From assembly GCA_025350245.1 (NCBI GenBank), contig JANXYG010000052.1, forward strand, positions 12,265 through 76,264: a stretch of 64,000 nucleotides of DNA. The letters are read 5' to 3'. Position 1 is the stretch's first letter. The number at the start of each line of letters is the position of its first letter. The notes under the pieces were generated by a model. It was not told where the DNA came from and did not search any database. It was given only the letters and a program-made list of their open reading frames with translations. The position numbers and the translations under genes were made by a program. This document shows, piece by piece, positions 37,220-47,063 of this stretch. This DNA is from Betaproteobacteria bacterium. GTDB lineage: Bacteria > Pseudomonadota > Gammaproteobacteria > Burkholderiales > Ga0077523.

Positions 37220-37330
37220 GCGCCCCCAGGCTGCGCTGCGCTGCGCCTTCCCCCTCGAGGGGGCGCCCCGTCCTCGGGGGGGCCCTGTGGACGGGGGCCC
37301 TCCGCTTGCCAGAGTTCCCGCCTTGGCTGG
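37220..37330 (+). repeat. Structured intergenic repeat, family A, second of a tandem pair
   Basis: GCGCCCCCAGGCTGCGCTGCGCTGCGCCTTCCCCCTCGAGGGGGCGCCCCGTCCTCGGGGGGGCCCTGTGGACGGGGGCCCTCCGCTTGCC..; a head-to-tail direct repeat of the previous copy. Confidence 0.9.
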
Positions 37331-37486
37331 TCCGGCCGCTCACCGGGTCTGGAGGCTGCCGCAACCGGGATCGTGAATCGGAGGTACTGGTCGATGATGA
37401 TGATCGCATGGGTCGATTCGGCGTCGATTGCAACTGTCGACGGACGCCGCGGTCACAGCCGGCATGACCGGCCGGCCACCGCTGCG

Positions 37487-38956
37487 ATGAACCTCTCCCG
37501 TTTCCTGCTTCCCGTGCTGTTGCCCGTCTGCACGAGCTTGTTCGCGGCCGATCGCATCCATCGCTACGAGGTGACGGTAGACCCGCAACTGCGCCAGCTC
37601 GATGTCCACGCCTGCTTCGCCGGGCGGCCGCCCGCCGAGCTGTCGGCCGAATCGCTTGATGCATCCGGCGCGTTCGTCGACGGCCGTGTCGCCGACCGGC
37701 GCCAGAGCATCGTCCCGAACGGGACCGACATGAAGCTCAAGGACCTGCCCGACAACGGCTGCATCCGCTACAGCGTCGACATCGCCCACCTGCCCAGCAT
37801 GAACGACGCGTTTGGCGCCGGTAACCAGCGCGTCGGGCGCGATCTGCTGACATCGACCGGTGTCTGGTTCTGGCGGCCGGCCGAAATGGGTGCCGATGAA
37901 GACATCGAAGTCGCCTTTCATCTACCGCCGGGCATGAGCGTGTCGGCGCCCTGGCCACCGGTCACGCCCGCGCGCGATATGCCCACTTTCAAGGTCGGGC
38001 GCGGCGCCTTCGACCGGCCGTCGAACGTGGCCTTCGGCCGATTCGAAGAGGTGGCGATCGAAGTGCCCGGTGCCGTTCTCCGGGTCGCGATCCTCGATGG
38101 CAGTCCGCCGATGAGCGTCGAGTCCGCCCGTCGGTGGCTGCACGATGCCGCCAGTTCCGTGGCGTCGATCTACGGGCGGTTTCCGGTGCGCTCGCCGCAG
38201 GTTCTGGTGCTCCCGGGTGCCCGGGCCGCGGAGCCGGCGCCATGGGCATTCGTATCGCGCGGGGGCGCCGCAGCGGTTCACTTCGACGTCAATCAGCGGC
38301 GCCCGTTGCGCGAATTCGTCGACGACTGGACTGCAGCGCACGAGATGTCGCACCTGCTCCTGCCCTACGTCTCCCTCAACGAATCGTGGCTGTCCGAAGG
38401 GATCGCGTCGTACTACCAGAACATCGCGCGGGCGCGAAGCGGCGCGGTGACACCCGAAGAAGCGTGGCAGCGCATGCATTCGAGTTTCCGGCGGGCCGCC
38501 GAATGGGCCGCTCGCACGCCGACCATCACGCTTGCCCAGGCCGCTGCCCGCATGTATCGCGACGGTGGCTACATGCGGGTCTACTGGTCGGGAGCCGCCA
38601 TCCTGATGCTGGCCGATATCCAGCTGCGTGAACAATCGGCCGGATCGCAATCCCTCGACAGCGTGCTCGGCAGGTTCGCCGACTGCTGTCTCGATCCCGA
38701 CCCCGAATGGACCACGCGACAGGTATTCGCCAAATGGGATGAGCTGTCGGGCACCGGCATCTTCCGCGCGCTATACGACCAGTACGTCGATGCCGGCGGT
38801 TTTCCCGATCTGGTGCCGGTCTATGCGCGCATCGGGCTCGAGTCGCTCGGCGGCAAGATCGGGCTGCTGGATGCGGCACCGCAAATCGCGGTTCGCGACG
38901 CCATCATGGCCCGCGGCAACTACACGACACCGGCCGAACTGCTCGATCGTCGCTGA
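37487..38956 (+). CDS. Secreted putative zinc metallopeptidase (gluzincin-like; HEMSH ... WLSEG)
   Basis: 489 aa from the internal Met of ORF 37058..38956. Signal peptide MNLSRFLLPVLLPVCTSLFA. HExxH (AAHEMSHLLL) is followed 15 residues later by WLSEGIASYY, as in the M1/MA clan. Confidence 0.55.
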   Translation: MNLSRFLLPVLLPVCTSLFAADRIHRYEVTVDPQLRQLDVHACFAGRPPAELSAESLDASGAFVDGRVADRRQSIVPNGTDMKLKDLPDNGCIRYSVDIAHLPSMNDAFGAGNQRVGRDLLTSTGVWFWRPAEMGADEDIEVAFHLPPGMSVSAPWPPVTPARDMPTFKVGRGAFDRPSNVAFGRFEEVAIEVPGAVLRVAILDGSPPMSVESARRWLHDAASSVASIYGRFPVRSPQVLVLPGARAAEPAPWAFVSRGGAAAVHFDVNQRRPLREFVDDWTAAHEMSHLLLPYVSLNESWLSEGIASYYQNIARARSGAVTPEEAWQRMHSSFRRAAEWAARTPTITLAQAAARMYRDGGYMRVYWSGAAILMLADIQLREQSAGSQSLDSVLGRFADCCLDPDPEWTTRQVFAKWDELSGTGIFRALYDQYVDAGGFPDLVPVYARIGLESLGGKIGLLDAAPQIAVRDAIMARGNYTTPAELLDRR

Positions 38957-38989
38957 CCGCGGGCGGGTCCGGCGGTTATCATCGCTGAC

Positions 38990-39439
38990 ATGGAACCGTT
39001 GTTTGCTTGGCTGCATTTCGTGGCGATGCTCGCGCTCGGTTCGACCCTCGTGGCCGAACTGGTGCTGTGCACGGCGTCGTTGCGGGCGGCCCAGCTCGCC
39101 GCATTGCTTCGGGTCGACTCGCTCTATCTGCTGGCCGCGGTGGCCGTCCTGGCAACCGGTCTTGCGCGCCTGATCTGGTTCGCCAAAGGCCCCGGCTTCT
39201 ATCTGTCCAATCCGTCGTTCCAGATCAAGATCGGCTTGTTCATCGCGATCGGCCTGCTATCGTTGTCACCGACTCGGCACTATGTGCGCTGGCGCCGCGC
39301 GGCCCGCGATGGTCGCGGTGATCCGCCGCCCGCCGAGATTGCGCGCGTGCACCGCTACCTGGTGGCCGAACTCGTACTGTTGGCCGCGATGCCCTTGATG
39401 GCGTCACTCATGGCGCGCGGCATCGCTGTCTGGAACTGA
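38990..39439 (+). CDS. Small integral membrane protein (DUF2214-like)
   Basis: 149 aa with four hydrophobic segments. Family name from memory only. Confidence 0.5.
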   Translation: MEPLFAWLHFVAMLALGSTLVAELVLCTASLRAAQLAALLRVDSLYLLAAVAVLATGLARLIWFAKGPGFYLSNPSFQIKIGLFIAIGLLSLSPTRHYVRWRRAARDGRGDPPPAEIARVHRYLVAELVLLAAMPLMASLMARGIAVWN

Positions 39440-39559
39440 AAATGAGGACCACCCCCCCAGGCTGCGCTTGTGCTCCGCCTTCCCCCCTCGAGGGGGCGCA
39501 GCGTTCCTCGGGAAACCCAGCGGAGGCTGCCCCTTCGCTTCAGAGTTTCCCTTCGTTCA
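39437..39559 (+). repeat. Structured intergenic repeat, family A, full-length
   Basis: TGAAAATGAGGA (includes the stop) is followed by CCACCCCCCCAGGCTGCGCTTGTGCTCCGCCTTCCCCCCTCGAGGGGGCGCAGCGTTCCTCGGGAAACCCAGCGGAGGCTGCCCCTTCGCTTCAGAGTTTCCCTTCGTTCA. Confidence 0.9.
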
Positions 39560-39649
39560 GCATTCTCGGGGGATGCTGCGGACATGACCGATTGATTCAG
39601 AATCCTCTGATCTCCATTCGTTCCCCATCCTGAAACGGTACTGTCCTTC

Positions 39650-41059
39650 ATGAACCACGACATCGTTTGGCGCGACGCCATCGATCTCACGCGCCTCATC
39701 CAGGCGCGTGAAGTTTCCGCCGTCGAGGTGGCGCGAGCGCACATCGCGCAGATCGAGCGCGTGAACCCGGTCATCAACGCGTTCGTCACCATGACTTTCG
39801 ATGCGGCGTTGATCGACGCCGCCGACATCGATGCGCGCATCGGTCGTGGCGAACCGCCGGGCCCGCTCGCCGGCGTTCCCGTCGGCCACAAGGATCTCGC
39901 CGTCACCAGAGGCGTGCGTACCACTTTCGGTTCGCCCATCTTCCGTGATTTCGTGCCGAACGAGGACGCGCTCATCGTCGAACGTCTGAAGGCGGCCGGC
40001 GCGGTGACGCTCGGCAAGACCAACACGCCTGAATTCGGTGCCGGCTCGCAGACCTTCAATACCGTCTTCGGCGCGACCCGCAATCCGTGGGACCCGATGA
40101 AGACACCGGGCGGCTCCAGCGGTGGCGCCGCGGCGGCGCTCGCGACCGGCATGGTCCCGATCGCCGACGGCAGCGATCTCGGGGGATCGTTGCGCAATCC
40201 CGCGAGCTTCTGCAATGTGGTCGGCCTGCGTCCGTCTCCCGGCCGGGTGCCCAATTGGCCGAGCCCGAACGCCTGGTTTTCGCTTGGCGTGGTGGGGCCG
40301 ATGGCGCGCACGGTGGGCGATGTCGCACTGATGCTGTCCGCGATCGCCGGACCGGATCCGCGATCGCCGGTTGCCTACGATGAAGCGGGCGCGGGCTTCG
40401 CACGGCCGCTGGGGCGCGATTTCGCCGGCGTGCGGGTCGCCTGGACTGCCGATTTCGGCGGGCTGCCAATGGAGCCCGAAGTCCGGGAGGTGCTGGCAGC
40501 GAGCCGGGCCACCCTCGCGGCGCTGGGCTGCATCGTCGAGGACGCGCTTCCCGATCTCGCCGGTGCGGACGAGATCTTTCAGGTCCTGCGGGCCTGGAGC
40601 TTCGAATCCACCCACGGCACCTTGCTGGCGAAGCATCGCGGTCAGATGAAGCACACGGTGATCTGGAACATCGAGGAAGGGCAGCGTCTGACCGGCGCCG
40701 ATGTCGGGCGCGCGGAATGCCTGCGCACCGGGCTTTTTCATCGGCTGCGGGCGTTCTTCGAGCGCTACGATTTCATTGCCGGGCCGGTGGCGCAGGTACT
40801 CCCGTTCGATGTCTCGATCGAGTATCCATCGGCGATCGACGGCGTGCCGATGGGAAACTACATCGAGTGGATGAAGTCCTGTTATCTCGTGTCGGCCACC
40901 GGATTGCCGGCGCTGTCGGTGCCGGCGGGTTTCAGCCGTGGCGGACTGCCGGTCGGGCTGCAACTGATCGGCGGCCACCGCGATGATTTCGGCCTGCTGC
41001 AACTCGGGCATGCCTTCGAACAGGCCACCGGCGCCAGCCGGCGCCGACCGCCAATCTAG
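39650..41059 (+). CDS. Amidase (amidase-signature family)
   Basis: 469 aa. GKTNTPEFG and GGSSGGAAAALA amidase-signature motifs. Confidence 0.85.
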   Translation: MNHDIVWRDAIDLTRLIQAREVSAVEVARAHIAQIERVNPVINAFVTMTFDAALIDAADIDARIGRGEPPGPLAGVPVGHKDLAVTRGVRTTFGSPIFRDFVPNEDALIVERLKAAGAVTLGKTNTPEFGAGSQTFNTVFGATRNPWDPMKTPGGSSGGAAAALATGMVPIADGSDLGGSLRNPASFCNVVGLRPSPGRVPNWPSPNAWFSLGVVGPMARTVGDVALMLSAIAGPDPRSPVAYDEAGAGFARPLGRDFAGVRVAWTADFGGLPMEPEVREVLAASRATLAALGCIVEDALPDLAGADEIFQVLRAWSFESTHGTLLAKHRGQMKHTVIWNIEEGQRLTGADVGRAECLRTGLFHRLRAFFERYDFIAGPVAQVLPFDVSIEYPSAIDGVPMGNYIEWMKSCYLVSATGLPALSVPAGFSRGGLPVGLQLIGGHRDDFGLLQLGHAFEQATGASRRRPPI

Positions 41060-41158
41060 GCGGTCTGCAACGCTCGAACGCGGGTATCATCGCGCGACTT
41101 CGCGGCCAGGGTGCCCGCACCCGCGCTGTCCTTCACCCCCACACATCCGCGAGATCCC

Positions 41159-42019
41159 ATGACCCACGCAATGCATCGTTGTCTTGCCCTTGCTCTGGTG
41201 GCGGCCGTTGCCTGCTGCAATGCAATGGCCCAAACCGAGGCCACTCGCAAATCCAACCAGCCGGAACGCCCCAAGTCCGCGAAGCAGATCAACCGCGTCT
41301 TCGTGAAGGATATCGAGGGCCTGTGGATCACTGCCGACTACGCAAGCGCACTGCGCGCGACGCGCATGCCGCATCAGGCAGCGCGCAAGGCGCGCCCCGT
41401 GGTCGTCAACATCCAGAAAGAGGGGCGCAGCTATCCGATCCTTCGCACCGACTTCGACAAGGCGGTCATGCAGCGTGTTCTCGACATCGAGCCCGACAAG
41501 GCGCCCAACACCAACCGCATCGTCGCTGCCAACAGTGACACCGAAGCGGTTGCCGCGAGCGAAGCCACTTACATTCCGTTTCGCGGGCAGAAAGGGGTGC
41601 AAGGCCGTTTCGACACGCTATCCATGGCCGAGCCGCAGTTCTCTCGTGGCAAGTTCCGCACCTACATCCGGTTGGTCGACAGCAGCCTGGTCGGCTTCAT
41701 CAATGGCGTCGTCCTGGCGGGCAGATACACCGACGAACAGGGCCGCGGGTACCAGTTCACCGAAACCGGCGAGGCGACGTTTCCGGATACCTCGTTCCCC
41801 TATGAAGTGTCGCTGGCCGCGCTCGGCGCCACCTGCGAATACTTCGAGACCCCGGACGATAAGGTGGCCGGCGGCAAGCGCCGCACCGGCTTCGCCTGGG
41901 TCGGCGGCAAGCTGCAGTTGTTTGAGGCAACCGGTGATTCGCCGGCCAAGGTCCGGTGCCGCAAGAAGCCCTTCGCCGTGCTGACGCCGCAACCGGCCGA
42001 AAGCGCGGGCAAGACCTAG
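41159..42019 (+). CDS. Hypothetical exported protein
   Basis: 286 aa from the internal Met of ORF 41111..42019. Signal peptide MTHAMHRCLALALVAAVACCNAMA-Q. No recognisable domain. Confidence 0.5.
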   Translation: MTHAMHRCLALALVAAVACCNAMAQTEATRKSNQPERPKSAKQINRVFVKDIEGLWITADYASALRATRMPHQAARKARPVVVNIQKEGRSYPILRTDFDKAVMQRVLDIEPDKAPNTNRIVAANSDTEAVAASEATYIPFRGQKGVQGRFDTLSMAEPQFSRGKFRTYIRLVDSSLVGFINGVVLAGRYTDEQGRGYQFTETGEATFPDTSFPYEVSLAALGATCEYFETPDDKVAGGKRRTGFAWVGGKLQLFEATGDSPAKVRCRKKPFAVLTPQPAESAGKT

Positions 42020-42074
42020 CAGCCGGCGGTCCGCCCGCCCCTGCTCCCGGGCGGTGCGCCTGACACCGATTTTT

Positions 42075-42096
42075 CGTGGCGTCGCGCGACGCCACG
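42075..42096. repeat. Perfect 22-bp palindrome upstream of mgtE
   Basis: CGTGGCGTCGCGCGACGCCACG, flanked by TTTTT (5') and AAA (3'). 52 nt before the mgtE ATG. Confidence 0.7.
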
Positions 42097-42147
42097 AAAC
42101 TACAATCCGGGGCTGACCCGAATCGCAGGTGCCACGGACTGCCCGTC

Positions 42148-43593
42148 ATGTCTGAAGTGCAAGAGACTCGCCCTCGACCGGAGACTTTGCGGGAGCACCT
42201 GAAACAGGTTCAGGACATGCTTCGGAAACACCGGCTCGTCGAGCACCTGGTGCACAGCCAGGACATGCCGCGGCACGAGCTGGTGGAGTCGCTCGTCCAC
42301 AAGCAGAACCTCGCCGAACTGCGCAAGAAGCTCGACGTGCTGCACCCGGCCGACGTCGCCTACATTCTTGAATCGGTGCCGCTGGCCGAACGGCGGGTGG
42401 TGTGGGATCTGGTCAAGGCGGATCGCGATGGCGAGATCCTGCTCGAAGTGTCGGATGCGGTGCGCGAATCGCTCATCGCGAGCATGGCACCGCAGGAACT
42501 GGTCGCGGCGGCCGAGCATCTCGACACCGATGAACTCGCCGACCTCGCCCCCGATCTTCCCGGCAATGTTCTCGAGGACGTCTTTCGTTCGTTGTCGGTG
42601 GAGGAGCGCCAGCAGTTGCGCGCCGCCATGTCATATCCGGAGGATTCGGTCGGCGCCCTCATGGATTTCGACATGGTAACGGTGCGCGAGGACGTCACGC
42701 TCGAAGTCGTGCTGCGCTATCTGCGGCGGCTCGACGAGCTGCCGGACCACACCGACCAGTTGTTCGTGGTCGATCGTGACGAAAAGCTCAAGGGTCGTCT
42801 GCCGGTCAACCGGCTGCTGGTGAGCGATCCCGAGCGGCTGGTCGGCGAACTGATGGATACCGATGTCGTGCGCTTCACGCCGCAGCAGAATGCGGACGAG
42901 GCGGCCCAGGCATTCGAGCGCTATGACCTCGTCTCCGCCCCGGTGGTCGACGCCAGCGAGGCGCTGGTCGGCCGGGTCACGGTCGATGTGATGGTCGACT
43001 TCATCCGTTCAGAGTCCGAAACCGAAGTGCTCAATCTCGCCGGCCTGCGCGAAGAGGAGGACATCTTCGCCTCGGTCTGGAAATCGGCGAAGAACCGCTG
43101 GACCTGGCTCGCCATCAATCTCGTCACCGCCTTCGTCGCTTCGCGGGTGATCGGTCTGTTCGAGGGCAGCATCGAGAAGCTGGTGGCGCTGGCGGCGCTG
43201 ATGCCGATCGTCGCCGGTATCGGTGGCAACTCCGGCAACCAGACCATCACCATGATCGTCCGCGCCATGGCGCTCGGACAGATCACCCCGCGCAACGCCC
43301 GTGGCCTGCTCAAGAAAGAGCTCGTGATCAGCCTGCTCAACGGCCTGGTATGGGGATCGATCTTCGGCGTGTTCGCGACTGTCCTGTATCACAGCATTCC
43401 GCTCGGCCTGGTGATGATGTCGGCCATGGCGCTCAATCTGATCGTGGCGGCCAGCTTCGGTGTGTTCATCCCGATGCTCCTGCATCGGTTCGGGCGCGAC
43501 CCGGCGGTCGGGTCGAGCGTGCTGATCACAGCCATCACCGACAGTGGCGGGTTCTTCATCTTTCTCGGACTGGCAACGCTATTCCTGGTGTGA
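42148..43593 (+). CDS. mgtE: Magnesium transporter MgtE
   Basis: 481 aa from the internal Met of ORF 42076..43593. N-domain, CBS pair and TM domain, with GIGGNSGNQ and ITDSGGFF motifs. Confidence 0.9.
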   Translation: MSEVQETRPRPETLREHLKQVQDMLRKHRLVEHLVHSQDMPRHELVESLVHKQNLAELRKKLDVLHPADVAYILESVPLAERRVVWDLVKADRDGEILLEVSDAVRESLIASMAPQELVAAAEHLDTDELADLAPDLPGNVLEDVFRSLSVEERQQLRAAMSYPEDSVGALMDFDMVTVREDVTLEVVLRYLRRLDELPDHTDQLFVVDRDEKLKGRLPVNRLLVSDPERLVGELMDTDVVRFTPQQNADEAAQAFERYDLVSAPVVDASEALVGRVTVDVMVDFIRSESETEVLNLAGLREEEDIFASVWKSAKNRWTWLAINLVTAFVASRVIGLFEGSIEKLVALAALMPIVAGIGGNSGNQTITMIVRAMALGQITPRNARGLLKKELVISLLNGLVWGSIFGVFATVLYHSIPLGLVMMSAMALNLIVAASFGVFIPMLLHRFGRDPAVGSSVLITAITDSGGFFIFLGLATLFLV

Positions 43594-43700
43594 GGTGACA
43601 GGTGACGCCCACCCCCAGGCTGCGCTGCGCTGCGCCTTCCCCCTCAAAAGGGGGCGCAGCATCCTCGGGGAACCCTGTGGTGCTGCCCGTACGATTCGGG
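43591..43700 (+). repeat. Structured intergenic repeat, family A
   Basis: TGAGGTGACAGGTGAC is followed by GCCCACCCCCAGGCTGCGCTGCGCTGCGCCTTCCCCCTCAAAAGGGGGCGCAGCATCCTCGGGGAACCCTGTGGTGCTGCCCG. Hairpin 1 loop is changed to CAAA; hairpin 2 stem is GCAGCA/TGCTGC. Confidence 0.9.
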
Positions 43701-43766
43701 CCGGTCCTGCATCCGCAGCGCGCCTGCTCGCGTATCGTCCGGCTCCTCACCCATCGATCGCTGCAC

Positions 43767-44630
43767 ATGGCCTTGAAGCATTCTCTTGCCCTGATCGGCG
43801 TCGCGGGCGTCGCGTTGGCGGTAGTCGCCGCCTGCTTGCCGCTGAAACTGATCAACGCCGTATCCCACGCACAGGGCGTGGAGCGCACCGGGAACATCGC
43901 CTATGGCACCGATCCGCGCCAGCGGCTCGATGTCTACCGTCCCGCTGGCGCGCGTGAACTGCGGCCACTGGTGGTGTTCTTCTACGGCGGTTCCTGGCAG
44001 GGCGGAAAGCGCCAGGACTATCGCTTCGTCGGCGAAGCGCTGGCCGAACGCGGCTTCGTTGCCGTGGTGGCCGACTACCGCGTGCATCCGCAAGTGCTGT
44101 ATCCGGAGTTCCTCAGGGATTCGGCAGCGGTTGTGGCCTGGTGCCGCGGGCATGCGGCAGAGTTCGGTGGCGACGACCGCCGCCTGTTCCTGATGGGCCA
44201 CTCGGCCGGCGCCTACAACGTGGCCATGCTGGCGCTCGACCGGCGCTGGCTCGATGGCGTCGGCCTCGATGCGCGGCGCGATGTGCGTGGCTGGATCGGC
44301 ATCTCCGGTCCGTACGATTTTCTGCCGATCAAGGACCCGGTCGTCCAGGAGATCTTCGGCCCGAAGCAGAACTGGCCCGACACCCAGCCGATCAATCACG
44401 CGAGCGCCGGGGCGCCGCCCGCGCTGCTGCTCACCGGCGATGCCGACGACAAGGTGTCCCCACGCAACACCCGCAACCTGACGCAGAAACTGCAAGGGCT
44501 GGGCGTCGGCGTCGAGAAGGTGCTGTTCCCCGGCGTGGGGCACGTGCGCACCGTGGTGTCGTTCGCCGGGCCCTTCCGGGATGGTGTCCCGGTGCTCGAG
44601 GAAGCCGCTCGCTTCATCGATGCGCATTGA
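43767..44630 (+). CDS. Alpha/beta hydrolase (esterase/lipase-like)
   Basis: 287 aa from the internal Met of ORF 43602..44630. N-terminal anchor, oxyanion region VVFFYGGSW and nucleophile elbow GHSAG. Confidence 0.8.
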   Translation: MALKHSLALIGVAGVALAVVAACLPLKLINAVSHAQGVERTGNIAYGTDPRQRLDVYRPAGARELRPLVVFFYGGSWQGGKRQDYRFVGEALAERGFVAVVADYRVHPQVLYPEFLRDSAAVVAWCRGHAAEFGGDDRRLFLMGHSAGAYNVAMLALDRRWLDGVGLDARRDVRGWIGISGPYDFLPIKDPVVQEIFGPKQNWPDTQPINHASAGAPPALLLTGDADDKVSPRNTRNLTQKLQGLGVGVEKVLFPGVGHVRTVVSFAGPFRDGVPVLEEAARFIDAH

Positions 44631-44732
44631 ATCTGCGGTGGTGGCGCCTGCGTAGAATCGGCATCGCGGCCCGAACCCTCCGGCGCCCCGATGTTCACAG
44701 CGTCGTCGCTGCAGTCCAACCAGGAGTCGTCC

Positions 44733-45689
44733 ATGCTCATCCGGCGTCCGTCCGATATCGCCCCCTCCGAGATCACCCCACGCGCGCTGTTTGAAGACCG
44801 GCGGCAATTCATCCGTGATGCCGGGCTGTTCGCCGCGGCCGCCGGGCTGGCTGTCACGGGGGTGCATCCACGATCCGCGCGCGCCCAGACCGGCAAGGGG
44901 TTTCCAAACCTGAAGAAGGGGGCCTATCCGATCGGCGAAGCATCGACGCCGTTCAAGGACGTCACCTCGTACAACAACTTCTACGAGTTCGGCACCGGCA
45001 AGGAAGATCCCGCCGAGAATGCGGGCACGCTCAAGCCACGGCCGTGGTCGGTGTCGGTCGAGGGCGAATGTGCCAAGCCAAGGCGCTGGGATCTCGATGA
45101 ACTGCTGAAACTCGCCGCGCTCGAGGAGCGCATCTACCGCCTGCGCTGCGTCGAAGGCTGGTCGATGGTGATTCCCTGGGTGGGTTACCCGCTGGCAGAG
45201 CTGATCAAGCGGGCCGAGCCGGCGTCCAAGGCGAAGTATGTCGAGTTCACCACGCTCATGGACCCGAAGCAGATGCCCGGTCAGCGCATGGCCGTACTCG
45301 ACTGGCCCTACGTCGAAGGCCTGCGCATCGACGAGGCCATGAATCCGCTCACCTTGCTGACGCTCGGTCTCTATGGCGACGTGCTCCCGAACCAGAACGG
45401 TGCCCCGGTGCGCGTGGTCGTGCCGTGGAAATACGGCTTCAAGAGCGCCAAGTCGATCGTGCGCATCCGCTTCACCGAGCAGGAACCGCGCACCGCCTGG
45501 AACAAGGCGATCGCCAGCGAGTACGGGTTCTACTCCAACGTCAATCCGCAGGTCGATCATCCGCGCTGGAGCCAGGCGCGCGAGCGGCGCATCGGTGAAT
45601 TCACCAAGCGTCCGACCCTGATGTTCAACGGCTACGGCGAGCAGGTCGCAAGCCTGTATACCGGCATGGATCCGAAGAAGTTCTTTTGA
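44733..45689 (+). CDS. msrP: Protein-methionine-sulfoxide reductase catalytic subunit MsrP (molybdopterin)
   Basis: 318 aa from the internal Met of ORF 44691..45689, with a CAGGAG RBS. Tat signal [16 protein letters not shown]; YNNFYEFG motif. Confidence 0.9.
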   Translation: MLIRRPSDIAPSEITPRALFEDRRQFIRDAGLFAAAAGLAVTGVHPRSARAQTGKGFPNLKKGAYPIGEASTPFKDVTSYNNFYEFGTGKEDPAENAGTLKPRPWSVSVEGECAKPRRWDLDELLKLAALEERIYRLRCVEGWSMVIPWVGYPLAELIKRAEPASKAKYVEFTTLMDPKQMPGQRMAVLDWPYVEGLRIDEAMNPLTLLTLGLYGDVLPNQNGAPVRVVVPWKYGFKSAKSIVRIRFTEQEPRTAWNKAIASEYGFYSNVNPQVDHPRWSQARERRIGEFTKRPTLMFNGYGEQVASLYTGMDPKKFF

Positions 45690-46369
45690 TCCCGAGCTGG
45701 CGTCCCGACGCCGGGCAGGCGCGGTGGCTCAAGGTCGCCTTGTTTCTGCTGTGCCTTGCGCCTTTCGTGCGCCTGGGGTGGCTGGCCTGGCACCACGGTC
45801 TGGGCGCCAACCCGATCGAGCACATCACCCGCGCCACCGGCTGGTGGACACTGACCTTCCTGATGATCACGCTCACAGTCACGCCGGCGCGCAAGCTGCT
45901 GTCGCAACCATGGCTGCTGCGCCTGCGGCGCATGCTCGGCCTGTTTGCGTTTTTCTACGGGAGCCTGCACTTCACCACCTACCTCTGGCTCGACCAGTTC
46001 TTCGATGTCGGCGCGATCATCAAGGATGTGATCAAGCGGCCCTTCATCACGCTTGGCTTCAGCGCCTTCGTGCTGCTGATTCCGCTGGCGGCGACCTCCA
46101 CCAATGCCATGGTCAGGCGTCTCGGCGCAAGACGTTGGCAATGGCTGCACCAGGCGGTCTTCGTGATCGGCACGCTCGGCGTCATCCACTTCTGGTGGCT
46201 GGTGAAGAAGGACATCACCGAGCCGCTGATCTTCGCGGCGATTCTGTCGGTGTTGCTGGGTACGCGCGTGGTCTATCGCCTGCGCGATACCCGGCCCGAA
46301 GCCCGAAACCGGAGCGTTGTCCGGCCTTACCCCCGAGGACGGGGCGCCCCCTCGAGGGGGAAGGCGTAG
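45686..46369 (+). CDS. msrQ: Protein-methionine-sulfoxide reductase heme-binding subunit MsrQ; last about 15 codons lie inside a repeat element
   Basis: 227 aa with an ATGA overlap with msrP. Ferric-reductase-like TM domain (His in LHFTTYLW and LGVIHFWW). The C-terminal tail ..[15 protein letters not shown] is encoded by the antisense of the repeat at 46326-46388. Confidence 0.85.
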   Translation: MIPSWRPDAGQARWLKVALFLLCLAPFVRLGWLAWHHGLGANPIEHITRATGWWTLTFLMITLTVTPARKLLSQPWLLRLRRMLGLFAFFYGSLHFTTYLWLDQFFDVGAIIKDVIKRPFITLGFSAFVLLIPLAATSTNAMVRRLGARRWQWLHQAVFVIGTLGVIHFWWLVKKDITEPLIFAAILSVLLGTRVVYRLRDTRPEARNRSVVRPYPRGRGAPSRGKA

Positions 46370-46388
46370 CGCGCAGCCTGGAGGGCTA
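46326..46388 (-). repeat. Structured intergenic repeat, family A, 3'-truncated copy (sense is minus)
   Basis: Sense read: TAG (stop of 46386..47000) CCCTCCAGGCTGCGCGCTACGCCTTCCCCCTCGAGGGGGCGCCCCGTCCTCGGGGG. Only the first hairpin and the start of the second are present. Confidence 0.8.
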
Positions 46389-47000
46389 CACCTTTACCCA
46401 CGTTTCCGCGAAGGCGAGATGGGCGGTCGAGCTGTCTTTTTTTCCGGCGAACTCGCGGGGAAAAGGGCGACCCGGCAGTGCCTTGCCGTTGATGTGCCCG
46501 GCGATCTCGTGCACGTCCACGAACATCGAGAACATCTCGTGCTTGCCGGTGACCGAGCGCTCCTTCGACATCTCGACCATGAAGCGGTCGCCCCAGCCCT
46601 TCCACACCAGTTGCACCTCGCCGATGGCGGAACGGAAGCCTTCGGTATGCTGGGTGCCGCCATCGCCGGCAGGCGCGAAATCCCAACCCGGAACCATCCT
46701 CGCCCCCGCCAGCGCCTGGTTGCCCCGGAACGCCAGGAAGTTGGCGACGAAGTTGTCGCGCAGGTAGGCTGCCAGCGGTTCGTTGTCGGTGATGCAGACA
46801 TTGGGCCGTTCCGGATCGTGGCCATCACCATGCGGATCGAGCAGCATGAACGCCGCGTGCCCGGCACCGTGTGCCGAAACCACCACGCGGAAGAAACTGA
46901 TCAGGGTGATGAAGGGGCCGTCGGCCTGGTGGCGCAGATACATGCCGGGGTTTTCGCCGGCCCATTCCACGGTGCCGGGGTTGACGAGAGGGCGGGTCAT
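46386..47000 (-). CDS. Hypothetical protein (204 aa)
   Basis: Internal Met (MTRPLVNPGTVEW) of ORF 46386..47030 with an AGGAGA RBS. No recognisable motifs. Confidence 0.55.
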   Translation of the reverse strand: MTRPLVNPGTVEWAGENPGMYLRHQADGPFITLISFFRVVVSAHGAGHAAFMLLDPHGDGHDPERPNVCITDNEPLAAYLRDNFVANFLAFRGNQALAGARMVPGWDFAPAGDGGTQHTEGFRSAIGEVQLVWKGWGDRFMVEMSKERSVTGKHEMFSMFVDVHEIAGHINGKALPGRPFPREFAGKKDSSTAHLAFAETWVKV

Positions 47001-47063
47001 GGATCGTCTCCTGTGTGGGTTCGCGGGCAAGCGTTGCCGTCGATGGCGGCGCAGTATCGAAGA

